In this document: positions 13,701-25,800 of the stretch, in pieces | How positions within the stretch are numbered: position 1 is the stretch's first letter | How the letters are laid out: each line of letters starts with the position of its first letter | NCBI RefSeq assembly: GCF_964204645.1 | Contig: NC_134030.1 | Span: forward strand, 2,894,778 to 2,958,777 | Source: Tubulanus polymorphus | Taxonomy: Eukaryota > Animalia > Nemertea | Direction of reading: 5' to 3' | Length of the DNA stretch: 64,000 bases | Notes under the pieces: generated by a model | What the model was told of the DNA's origin: nothing | The model's input: only the letters and a program-made list of their open reading frames with translations | Database searches by the model: none | Translations under genes and position numbers: made by a program

Positions 13701-16700
13701 TTTTTGATTGTCTATTTCCATGTTGCTGATGATGTCCTGTTGTTCTCTTCTTTCTAGTTCCATCTCTTGTAGTCGTTGATTGTAAAGATCTTTCTCTCTT
13801 TCGACCGAGTCTTCGCGATGTTGTAACTCGCGTCGTAACTGTTCGATTTCCGACTTGATTTCGACGTTCAACGCGACCGATTCTTTCAGCCGATGTTTCA
13901 GCTCCGATTCTTTCTCGGCCTTCAACGATTCGACGTTCTCGAGACTTTTGCACAATTCGAGAACTTCGTTTTTCAGTTTTTCGATAATGTCGTCTTTCTC
14001 GGCGAGGTTTTTCGCGCGATTCGTTAATTTCCGATTCAAATCGTGATTCTGCAGTTTTAGTTCGTCGACGGACACTAGAAACTCGCGTTGTTTTACATCG
14101 AATTCTCGATCGTTCTCCGCGAGCGAATTTTTCAAACGTAAAATCTCATTCTCAGCTACCTCCTGTGATTCTTTCAGTCGTTTACGATCGGATTCTAATT
14201 CAGCAGATTTTTTCCTATTTTCCGCGCTCTCATTCGCGATACTTCGCTTCTCTTCATCTGACCTCTCAACTCTCTCTCGCATGTCTTTAATCTCACTCTT
14301 AAGCCGCTCGTTCTCCTGATTGGAGGAGTTCAGTTGTTTTTCCGTATTCGTCAAATCGTCCGAGGTCTGTCTCAGTAAACTCACCGAATTCAGCTGCACG
14401 TTCGCGCCAGCTTCTTTATCGCTGACTAACTCCTCGATTCGTTTCATCAATTCGTTATTCTTACCGCTCGAAACCGACAACTTTTCTTCGACGTCCGCGA
14501 AAAGCCGAGATTTTTCCGCATTTTCGTTCTGCAGTTTACTGATTTCTTCATTCAGTAATTTGATTTCTAAACTTTGTTCGAGGTTTTCGCTCTTTAAAGC
14601 GTGAATATTCTGTTCCCACTGCTCCTCTTTTTGTTTCCATTTCATCTCCTGTAAATAAATAAGATGTTGCCCTTCGTTATTTGAATCAATAAGAAATAAA
14701 AAATCCTATTAAGAAAATCATATACATGCTTTTATACAATAAACAGCGTTTGTCAATCTGCTGCCCCTGAGTTGACGATGAATTCACTGAATTTAACTCA
14801 CATTTTGCTGTATGTTTATATTTTGTTGTTGAAATTGACAATCGGATTGAGACAGTTTCTCCTCTAATTCACTGATTTTCGTTTTCCAATCGCTCTGTCG
14901 TAATTCCAACGATTCGAGCTTCACTTTCAAACTCACTTTCTCGTTTTCATTCCTAAAACAAACAACAATGAGAACTCTGCAGTTAATCAAAAATTAACCA
15001 CTTGTGGCATGCGAGGATCCACCAGGTGCGAAAAGAGGTAGGACACAGTATTCAATCAAAATGTCCCCATTACTTTCTCAAATTCAATGAACAGGGAATG
15101 AAAATCATGCCATATACGAATCATGAAGATCAATCCGGGTATATCATCAGAGATATAATTTGTCTAATTTTTGATTAAGTTGTCCTGTTGTTACACAGAT
15201 TTGTATAGCTGGAGGCGCCTCTCCCCTCGTGGGTTTCTAACTCTTACCCGATTTGTTGCGCAGTGTTTTGTTCATTCAGCAGTTGATTTTTGAGTTGCGA
15301 TTCTTTCAGTTCGGTCGACAGTGCGTTCTTCTCATTCGTCAAATCTTGAACTTTTTCCTCCAATGCGGATATTTCTAATTCCCCGCGACTTATATCTAGC
15401 TGCAGCTGATTGTCGCATTCGTCTTCAAACGCCGGCAAAAGGCTCGTTGATTCTTTACGTGGAGTAAGATCCTTCGAATTGAGAAGATAATTGGTTTGAC
15501 AACGATATGATTAAAATTCACAACAGACGTGCACAGATTTAAAAAGTTTGAAAAACCAAGAATCATTGAGATCATTGTTTGATTTGACGGTACTGTAATT
15601 ATTTCTGACACCAGATATTTCTTACGAACCTGCAGACTAGCTAAACTGTTCATACTTGACGTTCGGCTGGGTGGGGACCACGCGTTTGAGGCACCAAATG
15701 TTTTTCTATGAAAAAATGAACATCAACAACACTTATTCGACTATAGGGAGTTATACGGATGAGGATTATCTGTAAAATCTAACTACATAATATTTCTTTT
15801 ATACACTGTTATATGTAATGTATCAGATAATGTGTAAAAAGGGCAAAGGACAAGCCTCAGGGCTGTACTCCAGTGGACACCCATTGACCTAAGAAAGATG
15901 ATTTACAAAAAGATGATGATGGCGATGACGATATAATCTAAACTATTTCTACCTTGCGAATGTTGGCCACGCGTTGTCAAGATCATATCCTCTTGGAGAT
16001 AAATCAAATTGTACATCATTCAGGTCGTATAAAGCGTTGACCAGCGTCGACCACTGCCTTTTCATCATCCACATTGATTTTGACGTGAACCAAATGCTAA
16101 ACAGGTAATAATGAAATACGAGACTTAATACGATTTCTGATTAACATGTACATATTTAGTCGGTCTTTCAGGATTTATGACATTTTAATAATAGTTCAGA
16201 CTCGATACTGAACAATAAGGACCAGTATCGGGTAGGTTCTGATTCCTTACCTGGTAGTTCTAGGATCCATTACGCAATGTTGCAGTGTATCGGCCAGTCT
16301 ATGATGCATAAGAGCGAACCTTATGAAAGCTCTACCTCTTCCTAGAGACGTTTTTAGCTGAAATCAAGAATAATAGTTAATATACAGGGATTGAAAGATT
16401 CTCCGTTATAATTGGATTCTAGAGGCTGATTGTTGACTTTGAAACCCGAACAACTGGCTCCATGTGTTTGTCTTGAGTTTGTTTAATCAGTCAAAAGTGA
16501 AAAGATCGTTGGTTTGAAGCTCCTGAAAGTTGCGTTAAAACCGTTTTTCTTACTTCGTTAATCGATTTCACAAATTTAATGCCATCATTGAGTCCTTTAG
16601 CGTTTTGCAAACAATCACAGAAATAATTCCAATAATCCTTGCGAGCTCCGAGGAAAGTTGTATGCACTGTGAATAAACATCACAATTATTTACATCGCAA

Positions 16701-17368
16701 TCATTCAGCTACAATTTTCATATAATTCCGAGAATTTTTGTACCTTTTTGTTCGGACTGAAGCAAGAATTCGAGTTTAGCGCAGAATCTTTGTAAAGTCT
16801 GACTGTCATCGTTTATAGGAATCTGATTTTCCTGAAAGTCCTCATGTATTTCTCGAATGCATTCTAAAATATAGACATAATGACCTTACGTTGTTAGTTG
16901 GGTAGGGTCAGTATTACTTAGGCCTACAACAAACAATCATTCAGAAAATGCCTTAACCAAAATATCCCATAGTACTTATAGAATCAAACCCCCTGCCCTG
17001 ATTAGTGATTTTCTGAGGCTGAGTTCTTTTTGGAAATTTTGAATTTTTGAAATTAATCATTAAATATTTAATATAGTAGGATTAAATGAATGCTTGTAGC
17101 CTAGAATGGTTCTGATAAGAGGGCTGACTAGGGTTTTTAACGTAGATAGTAAAGGTTAATGTCTATTTCAATTTGACTTGAGAGCACATCGGGTGGCCTC
17201 ACACAGTCTTCATTCAGATTCATTACATTCATTCCTCTTCGTTCGGACTATGATTTTTATCTACAAAAAGTTAGTGTATCTACCAATTGTATCTTGTAGA
17301 ATCTTCGATGGTTTAGCCTGAGTAGAGAGGAGTGGATTATCCATCGTAACCTGCGGCTGAGTAGCCAT
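4795..17368 (-). CDS. FYCO1: FYVE and coiled-coil domain-containing protein 1 (autophagosome-kinesin/Rab7 adaptor), about 27 exons
   Basis: Exons 17368-17284, 16863-16744, 16666-16554, 16357-16251, 16096-15953 and 15705-15630 splice to a RUN domain ([20 protein letters not shown]...[11 protein letters not shown]...[40 protein letters not shown]...[27 protein letters not shown]...[11 protein letters not shown]), closely resembling the human FYCO1 N-terminus as I recall it. Long coiled-coil exons follow (e.g. 13659-14648, 10371-11390). Then come a FYVE domain ([26 protein letters not shown]...RVCNKC, 7140-7876), a LIR ([13 protein letters not shown], near 6140) and a GOLD domain (5581-5431, 5099-4930, 4852-4795; TAA at 4797-4795). 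Internal exon limits are approximate. Confidence 0.95.
6442..6862. mobile_element. hAT-like MITE family with CAGGG...CCCTG termini in FYCO1 introns
   Basis: cagggtccctaca...ctggatata...aaggagtttcaagcac...aggaa is shared with 12721-13080. Other CAGGG-terminated elements lie at 9525-9773, about 10091-10290, 13361 and 19857-20170. Confidence 0.65.
7386..7646. mobile_element. Palindromic Penelope-like retro-element remnant with a hammerhead motif (copy 1, in a FYCO1 intron)
   Basis: Inverted arms of about 105 bp (7413-7520 and 7540-7646). The right arm carries TGACGA-T-GATCTC-loop-GAGATC-GAAAC followed by AATAAA. A near-identical copy lies in the opposite orientation at 17547-17805. Confidence 0.7.
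8715..8930 (-). mobile_element. LINE (L2/CR1-like) 3' end in a FYCO1 intron
   Basis: Minus strand reads ...gcgctttgagcgtgggatactgcggaaaagcgctttcaaagaac followed by a (TAT)n tail, typical of the L2-type 3' stem-loop plus microsatellite tail. Confidence 0.55.
11452..11580 (+). mobile_element. Penelope-like terminal-repeat fragment with a minimal hammerhead motif
   Basis: CTGAAGA-T-GAC-tattagaatatt-GTC-GAAAC at 11465-11495. A related copy lies on the - strand at about 53203-53270. Confidence 0.6.
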
Positions 17369-17546
17369 CACCAACGCCTGATTTAATGATTAGTATTCCT
17401 ATTTCTTCAAAACAAACATTTTGGATTTCTCATGACTTCCGCGTTTGTATACCGCAGAAACATGGGCGCAGTAGACTCAGTGAAGCGCGTTGTGCATGCC
17501 ATTCTAAAGCGCAAATTTTCGCTGGAACGAAAACAGAGACAGGAAC

Positions 17547-17805
17547 AATAAGATAAAATCCCACTATTTACAGATTAAAAGAATTTAAAAACCAGAATTT
17601 ATTTATTAAATCTAAAAAATCTAAAAGACACGACGTTTCGATCTCACCCTAGAGATCATCGTCTAGGGTGAGATCGAAACGTCGTGTCTTTTAAATATTT
17701 TAGATTTAATGAATAAATTCTGGTTTTTAAATTCTTTTAATCTGTATATAGTGGGATTTTATCTTATTATCCGTTCACCACGTTTGAGTGTGGTCATCGT
17801 TCTAT
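17547..17805. mobile_element. Palindromic Penelope-like element (copy 2) inserted just upstream of FYCO1
   Basis: Long inverted arms around GACGATGATCTCTAGGGTGAGATCGAAACGTCG. It is flanked by a perfect 12-bp direct repeat AGAGACAGGAAC (17535-17546 and 17806-17817), interpreted as a target-site duplication. Confidence 0.8.
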
Positions 17806-18636
17806 AGAGACAGGAACGATAAAGCGAATCGCTGAAATTGTAGTCGAACTTATCCACATTCGTGCTTGTTGCTTAAGTCAATGGGGCTGCGGTTTATTAC
17901 CATATAGGAATTTGTGCATCGTTTAAAGAGATTCGGGTGTTTTGTTATTCATTCATGTTTCTTCTCACAATACGCCACACATTTCCTCGGTTAATTGGTA
18001 AATTGATTCGGCGCTATTTTCATTTTTACTCCCAAATTCGCAAATAACTGCTAGATGATTACTCTTGCTTGATACATTTTTCTTGATTTGTATTTAAATA
18101 TTAAAGATCTTTTATGCTACGTTGCTGTTTTCTTTCTCAGGGTTGGCTTCTTTATTGTCTTAGACACTTAAGTGACACGCTCATCTTTGAATAATGATAT
18201 ATGTGACGGTTGTTTGATTTCATCTCAGTCTTTGATCATTCTCTTCAGAGTGTAAAGAACCAATTCATGTGATTATTCCTGGATATGCAGTAGTTCAAAT
18301 ACGAATACAACTTGTGGAAAAAAACCTGTGGAACATGTTGATTCATACAATTTAAGTAGAAAAATGATATTGACAATAAAATTCAGAATGAAACATTTTT
18401 TTGCTGTTCTTTTGAGTTTGTGATTCGTACGATGTATGCTAACTTTCACCAACGATTTTGAACCTTTCACAAAAAATCTACATTCACAAGGAAATTAACA
18501 ATGGAAAAATCAATTGTTTATTCAAACGAGGTTTACATGATGTACAGTCTTGTTACAAATTTGATGATTTAAAGATTTTCTAAGAGACTTTTGTCACTGT
18601 TTTTCCGACACTTGTTTCGATCTACAGTTCCATGCC

Positions 18637-20800
18637 TCACAGCAGTCCGTACATTCTCAATTTCGCGTTTAATTGCTGGAGAAAAATGAAATATTTACAT
18701 GCATTTTGACTTATTAACAAGAACTCTATGAAGTTTAGTACACGTACCGCCATCGTGATATTCACTGGGGCTTCATGGCAGAATGGTTCAACGTCTTTCT
18801 GGTCTACGTCAAGTTTTTCGACGTCGAGGTAGATACTTGCTTTCTTGAATTTACCGCGAACTGAAAAAAATTCGTTCAATCATTTTATTGAACAGCAGTT
18901 GACGAGCGCAATATTCGATGAGTTTTAAGCACGTTCGTTACTAGAACAAGGCTGAATGCAAACCGAAAACAATTGCAAACGTTTTCAAAACTAAATCTTT
19001 AAGATGAGAGATCATTGGGGCCCAGTTTACCGAAAAGAGTGTCATAATTTCACAATGCTACCGGAATTCAGGGAAGTTTTAAGTCGTCTGTAAAATCGAC
19101 CCCTGATTATATTGATATATGGTAGATGGTCGTTGTAAACAGCCAAAAAATAGATAAAGTAATCCCACGAATAGAATTTGATGCAATAGATTTCTATAAT
19201 CTACTGTGCGAGTCAAACAGCCAAAATGATGTTATTTTGTTCAATTTCTATCACATACCATATTGTGGGAAATCCTTTTATTCGTCTTGTGGTTTCGTCT
19301 TTAATAGGTAAAGGTATTAAGTTACGTTTCTATAATTTACACGCGCGTTAAGAGTGATTATTTGAAAAATATTGTATATTCAGGTGTAATTACGGCTTGG
19401 GGGAGCGGATATCTCAACAGCAACTCGTTTCAATTCACACGTATCAGAGTTATATCTGAAATTTACTCCCACTAGATGACGATTATAACCATCATAGGTT
19501 GTGCTGCCGCCGACATTCGTCTTTCGTAAATCTTTTTCTATAAAGCAAAAGCACAATACCTATTCGAGATTGATCTATTTGAAAGGTTTTTTCATTTTCT
19601 CGAAGTCAGACTTACTCATTTCGCATCTGTATTTCATTTCAAATTCAGTTTCCCTTTTAATAGCGAAAAGTACTTCCCATGGCAATACGGAATTGACACA
19701 TTTTCGCTCCGTCTTGGCGTTGATAGATCCCTTGAGAATAAAAGTTACGATATGAAATATCTGCTATTTCATAAAAATCCAAACAACAGAAGTCTTGGGC
19801 CGCAAATTCTATATAATTTATATAATTCTTATATAATCATATAAAGTATGTATTTGCAGGGCAGATCCTGAGAGGCATACTTTGACAGAAAAACAAAGAA
19901 ATCAAATTGAATTTAAAAGGGCAAGTTCCGCACAGCGCGAGCGCCAAGCCAAACAGGAGTCAGGAGAATCAATAAATTCCAGTGTATTTCCATACAACCA
20001 CTAGGTACTTGAGAGATTTTAAAGAATATACAATATGAATCTTGTGCTGCGGACTGCTGTTTCATTATTTGTGGGTGGAAAAATTGCCCTGAAAAAAGCC
20101 ATCGTATTTTAAAAAGGGCACAGGCGTGGGGAGCGTGTGCTCATTATGCCCCTGTCTGGATCCGCCCTTGGTTTGTATAGCCAAGCACCAGATACGAGCG
20201 CAGAAAAACTGTTTCGGCATGCGAATTTGAGATCATTTCAATCTTTGATACTAAAGGTAACAAAGTCACATTTGAATATAGTTCTTACATTTTTTAAATT
20301 CACCAGTAAATCAAGAAGTTCAAACGTTCCAGTATGCCCAGGAATGTAGCTTGAAGACACGCTTATTCGAATTCGCTTTACAGCAAAATCAACGAACAAT
20401 CTATTCATAAACAATGAATGGAAAATCAAAACGGGCAAAAAGACTATAAGTCCAACAATTTTAAACAATATGAGCCCGGTTCAACAGTTGTGAGTTAAGA
20501 GTTAATTCTCAGTTGAAGTTAGTTCATTTTCAATGTTTTAACTTTTGATTCGAATTGAACTCAGAACTGTGGAACTGGGTAATATACGTACTTTCCATGG
20601 AAATAGAAATTCTTCATTTGTGGGTGTGGTATACCGGTGATAGCAGCGAGGTATGAACCAGTGAATTTATGAGGGATACATCCGCATTCAGAGTTCTGTT
20701 TGGCAACTTCGACACTTCGTTTTATCAGCGTTTCGATGTCGAACGCCGCACACGACAGAGTCAAAAACAACACGGCAGCTAAATACTTCAACATCGTCAT
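18637..20800 (-). CDS. Ependymin-related (EPDR-like) secreted protein, copy 1 (6 coding exons, about 225 aa)
   Basis: Spliced ORF is intact: signal peptide MTMLKYLAAVLFLTLSCAA, then ECGCIPHKFTG (ependymin C-x-P-x-x-F/W-x-G), then LFVDFAVKRIRI (D-xxx-xR-xR), then Cys in RKC, YRC, DTCEL and EPFCHEAP. A non-coding first exon has its donor near 21632. Family call is by motif recognition only. Confidence 0.7.
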
Positions 20801-20987
20801 CAACTGATGATCTGAAAAATAATTCTGGAAAATATATGCGATAGGCCTATAATTGCAATTCAAAATGATAACTATAACTCTTTCTTTTCTATATGTCCAG
20901 CCTCATTATTCTGAACAACTTCTCCTTTTCTACTCCCTCTTTTTCTAAAACCTTCCTACATGTATTTGTTTTTGCTTTCCAAGTGTT

Positions 20988-21250
20988 GCGTGCAGGTCCT
21001 TCATTCCAACTGTTCACATATTGTGACGTTGTTTCACGTCACAATATTCCACCGACCCATGTATGGAGCATGCGTGCAGGTTCTTCATTCCACATGTCCT
21101 GGCGTTCACATATTGTGACGTTGTCTCACGTCACAACATTCCACCGACCCATGTATGGAGCATGCGTGCAGGTTCTTTATTCCACATGTCCTGGCGTTCA
21201 CATATTGTGACGTTGTCTCACGTCACAACATTCCACCGAACCATGGAGCG
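20988..21250. repeat. Tandem repeat of about 84-92 bp x3, each unit with a hairpin (ATATTGTGACGT-N6-ACGTCACAA(T/C)AT)
   Basis: Units start at 20988, 21072 and 21164, in intron 1 of ependymin-like copy 1. The repeat is absent from copy 2. Confidence 0.9.
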
Positions 21251-22455
21251 CGTTCGTACCTACATACGTCACAATTATCTAAATATGAGTTTTGTATCAG
21301 CTAGAGCTCAAGGCCGCACCACATATAGGTTCCTCTACGTAGATACGTACGTTACAATCAAGCAAGTTTGTTTGCTTTAAACTTCAATATGTGACGACGC
21401 AGATCCATGTAGGTAGTCCGACAGCACACGGCCATGAACTCGAGCTATTGTTCATATTTTCCTACTGCCGATGAACTAATGCCCATTAGTTACGTATGAA
21501 ATACATGTTCTGAAAACATCTTTTATAAAAGGTTTGCAAACATTACATTCTATACAGCCATTTATAACAACTAGATACATAAACTCAATATAAAGTCAAA
21601 AATATTGTATGAATTTAATACAGTTACTTACTTTCGCTCCTGGAAATAAAAGCCGAGACCCTCACGGTCTGTGTCTGTTCATATCTGTTTATACAGGCTA
21701 CGTCGACCTTTGATGGGGAAAAATTATCGCTTTGCTAAATTATTCCTTAAACACCGTGTAGCCAATTTTGCGCGGGGAAAATTACCAAAATTACGAATTG
21801 CGGGGGTGCGACGATTTGATTAGATTGGTCAATTAGTCTGTGACTGCGGACATTGTTATTTGTTCGATAAATATCCAACTTCATATCACTGCTTATATCA
21901 TTATCGCTTATTATATCAAAAAGTACATTTTTTTAATGATACGACACAGATACATAATACTGTGTGGTGGATACCTGAAGATAATTCAAGTAACGTCAAA
22001 CACATAGCATATTAAAGGTATCGGTAGTTAGGAGCATTTCCACATAGATATATGATATACATCTCATACATCTATGTGTATAAACTTCGGTTCAATTGCC
22101 CATTTTCCAATCGAAAAACTTATGTTAAACAAGTGTTTATGGTTCGTAAGGAAAGCTGAAAAAATGTATGAGCTACTAATACTGGAGGTTAAGTGAATTA
22201 ATTTTTCTTCATTCGGGCTTCCAGTAATTTCTCGCTATAGAAATTAGCATCAAGCCAGAAAATGCAGGGCAGATTGAGGTAATATGGTGATTGACATTCA
22301 CCAGTCTCGAGAGACTATGGATATTGCGTTTGGTTCTGCGCGCAGCTACGAGAGTGACTGTCCCTACCACACTTTGAGCAGTCGAAACGCGTGTCGCTGT
22401 TCATAGTTTAGTGCTAATCAGCTACTGCTAGATGTATAAACTCAGGGTGAATCAG

Positions 22456-22856
22456 AATATCCGCATTGGAGGTAAAAGTTCAAGATTTGACGGATGAAAA
22501 GAAAGCATTGGCAACTGAACTGAAAGAATCGCGACTCAAAAATCAACTGCTGTATGAACAAAACACTGCACAACAAATCGGGTAAGAGTTAAAAACCTAC
22601 CAGGGGAGAGGCGCCTCCAGCTAAACAAATCTGTGTAACAACAGGACAACTTCATCAAACATTTTAGAAATTATATCTCTGATGAAATCAGATTGATCGT
22701 CGTGATTCGTATGGCATGATCATTATTCCTGATTCACTCCTGAAATCATATATCGTGTCCTACGTACTTCCTATACGCAACTGGTGGATCTTCGCATGCC
22801 GCAGTCACAATCTGATTGTCAATTTCAACAATAAGATGAACATACAACAAAATGCG
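22456..22856 (+). pseudogene. Inverted, degenerate duplicate of a FYCO1 exon-intron-exon fragment
   Basis: Matches the reverse complement of about 15005-15375 ([12 protein letters not shown]...QQIG exon, GT donor and intron), joined to about 14801-14848. It has substitutions, an internal deletion and a CAA>TAA change. Confidence 0.9.
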
Positions 22857-23604
22857 ACCATCGTTTTAAGGGATTCTATTTTGTTCATGTACTGTGTTCT
22901 CACCCAGTTCAATCATAGATCGGTAGATTGGTATAAACGTAGTTCTGATATATTTTCGTTTTGAATTATATCTTCGCAAAGAGAGTGAGGGAGTGATGTC
23001 GAAAACAACCACGTTTGAAGTTCATCACTCGTAAAACATCTTTCTTCTAATGAATTAATTTCATCTGTAGTTTGTAGATCACCAGCAAATCGTGGAAAAC
23101 AAATCCAAAACATGTATGTTTATTGTATAACCGGTAAATCTCTCGAATCAACAAATCTTCTAATTTAGATATTCAAGATTTGTCTTTATGATTACATGCG
23201 ATTTTCTTCCTTGGAGGTTGGTATTTATTGACCTAGACACGTAGTGCTCATTCTCTGAGTGCTAGTTTGCAGGGTTGATATCTTTCTTTTTCATTCTCTT
23301 CCAGACGGATGTAGAGACTTTTAACGTTTGTGATGGGTCCTGGATATGCAGTGTCATTAATACGAATACAACTTATGATTCGTACAACGTTTTGAAAATT
23401 TTCACCAACGATTTGAAACCTTTTACAAAAAAACCATATTCACAAGGAACTTACTACCGCAAATTAACAATGAAAAAATCGATCATTTATTTATACTAGT
23501 TTTACACGTACACTCGTATTACAGATTTGATGGTTTACAGATTTTCTATGAGAATTTTTGTCACTGTTTTTCCGACATCTGTTTCGATCACACAGTTCCA
23601 TGCT

Positions 23605-25385
23605 TCACTGAAGTCCATACATTTTGCCCATTGCGTTCAGTTGCTGCAGACAAAACGATAGATAAAAACCAACAATTAAAACAATATTTTAAAATTTCAG
23701 CACATATTTAGAAATATTTACATGCATTTTTACTTATTAATCAGATATCTATGAAGTATATAAGTATACGTACCGCCATCGTGATATGCACTGGGGCTTC
23801 ATTGCAGAATGGTTCCACGTCTTTCTGGTCTACGTCAAGTTTTTCGACGTTGAGGATGAAACTTACTTTCTTGAATTTACGACGAGCTGAAAAAATGTGA
23901 TCACTCATCAAAAAATATTCTAACTAAACTAAATAATTAAGATGAAAGATAATTGGGGCTCATTTAACAAGAATGAGTGTCATAATCTCACAATACTGAT
24001 GGAATTTACGGTTTAATTTAATTTAGTTTTTAGCCGTCTGTAAAATCGAACCCTGATTATAGTCCGATAGCCGTTGTAAACGGCCAAAACATGTAGTTTT
24101 GTTTTAATAGACCATCAATTTCTATCACATTCAATTTTATTGTTGGAAATCCTTTTCAGTTTTTCGACTGAAACGAAAGTTTAACGCCAAATCGTTGTGG
24201 TTTCATCTTTTATAAACTTTTGAAATTATTTTTTATTCTATCATTGACACGCCGCTAAGAAATTTGTAAATAAATACAATCGTATAAGATGTATAAGTAA
24301 CGATGTTATATGATATATAGGTAATTACCGCTTGGAGGAGCGGTCATATCAACAGCAACTTGTTTCAATTCACAAGTAGCAGAGTTATATCTGAAATTTA
24401 CTCCCGTCGGATAGAAATAACCATAGTAGGTTGTGCTACCGCCGATTGTCTTTTCGCGCAAAGCATTTTCTAGAAAAGAAAAACAATATTAAAGCATTCG
24501 ATTATGATCGATTTAAAAGAGTTTTTCATCGATTCAAAGTCATAAACTTACTCAATGCGCATCTTTCTTTTTCAGTAAAAGCGGCTTCTCTGCTCATCTT
24601 ATGAAGTAATTCCGACGGCAATACGGCATTAATACATTTTCTCTTTAAAGCAGTCTTGGCGTTGATAGCTCCCTTGAGAATAAAAGAATTTCATATGAAA
24701 TATTTGTCATTTTATAACAATCCAAGCACTAGCTAAAAGCTCAGAGAACTGTTACTTGAAGCATGCGAATTTAATTTGATGCTAAGGTGAATTGATGCAT
24801 TTTTTCTTTAAAACTATCTTGCAGTTTATCGTTCCTTTATAATTGTAGAAAAGAATTGTATATAAATTATTTGTAGTTTCAACAGAATTAGAGCTCATAA
24901 AGATGTTTCGAGCATTCGAATTTGATATCATTTCTGTGATACTAAGGTATTATATCATATCTTATATCTTCATCAAAGGTCTTACGGTCTTTCCATTCCA
25001 CAGTACATCAAGAATTTCAAGGGTTCCAGAATGTCCAGGAATATTGCTGGAAGCCATGCTTATTCGACCTTGTTTAGCAGCAAAATCGATGATCAACCTA
25101 TTCATAAACAATAAATGGAAAATCAAAACGTGCAAAACGACTTTTAGTCCAATACTTTTTAACAATATGTACGTACTTTCCGTGGAAATTGAAATTCTTC
25201 AGTCGTGGATGCGGTATACCCGTAATAGCAGCGTGGTATGAGCCAGTGAATTTATGAGGTATACATCCGCATTCAGAGTTCCGTTTGGCGACTTCGACAC
25301 TTCGTTTTATCAGCGTTTCGATGTCGAACGCCGCACACGACAGAGTCAAAAACAACACGGCAGCTAAATACTTCAACATCGTCAT
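23605..25385 (-). CDS. Ependymin-related (EPDR-like) secreted protein, copy 2 (6 coding exons)
   Basis: Same exon structure and phases as copy 1, with an intact spliced ORF: ...ECGCIPHKFTG...LIIDFAAKQGRIS...RKCINAVLP...ATCELKQV...EPFCNEAPVHITMAQLNAMGKMYGLQ*. Non-coding first exon donor near 25597. Confidence 0.7.
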
Positions 25386-25647
25386 CAACTGATGATCTGA
25401 AAAATAATTCTGGAAAATATATGCGATAGGCTTATTACAATCCCCTTGAGGCAAAGTTGGTTACGTTTCAAATAAATCTTATAGAAATAGGTTTTATATA
25501 CAGGTTAACAGAAACAACATTTCATGCAGCTATTTCATAAAAATGAGATAACTTCATTAAGTTAGAAAAAAGGTACGAATCTAATATAGTAACTTACTTT
25601 CGCTCCTGGAAGTAATAACTGAGTCTCACGGTCTGTGTCTGTTCACA

Positions 25648-25800
25648 TCTGTTTATATACGTAGGCTCCGTCGACTGTTGATGGGGGCAAATTATCGTTT
25701 TGTTAAATTAGACCTTAAACACCGTGCAGCCAATTTCGCGTTGGGGGATAATAACTGGAGTCGCGGGCACGGCGATTTGATTAGATTGGTCAATTATTCT
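25648..25800 (-). promoter_or_regulatory. Putative TATA-containing core promoter of ependymin-like copy 2 (homologous block at about 21685-21840 for copy 1)
   Basis: GTATATAAA on the - strand near 25651-25660, just upstream of the non-coding first exon. CCAAT-containing blocks are conserved between both copies. Confidence 0.55.

Noticed and set aside
20988-21250. CRISPR-like array (palindromic repeats at regular spacing)
   Set aside because: The intervening sequences are near-identical rather than unique spacers, the context is a eukaryotic intron, and there are no cas genes.
22913-23113. 66-aa minus-strand ORF next to the FYCO1 scrap
   Set aside because: No recognisable motif or exon partners. 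It may be another captured fragment, but this cannot be supported without a search.
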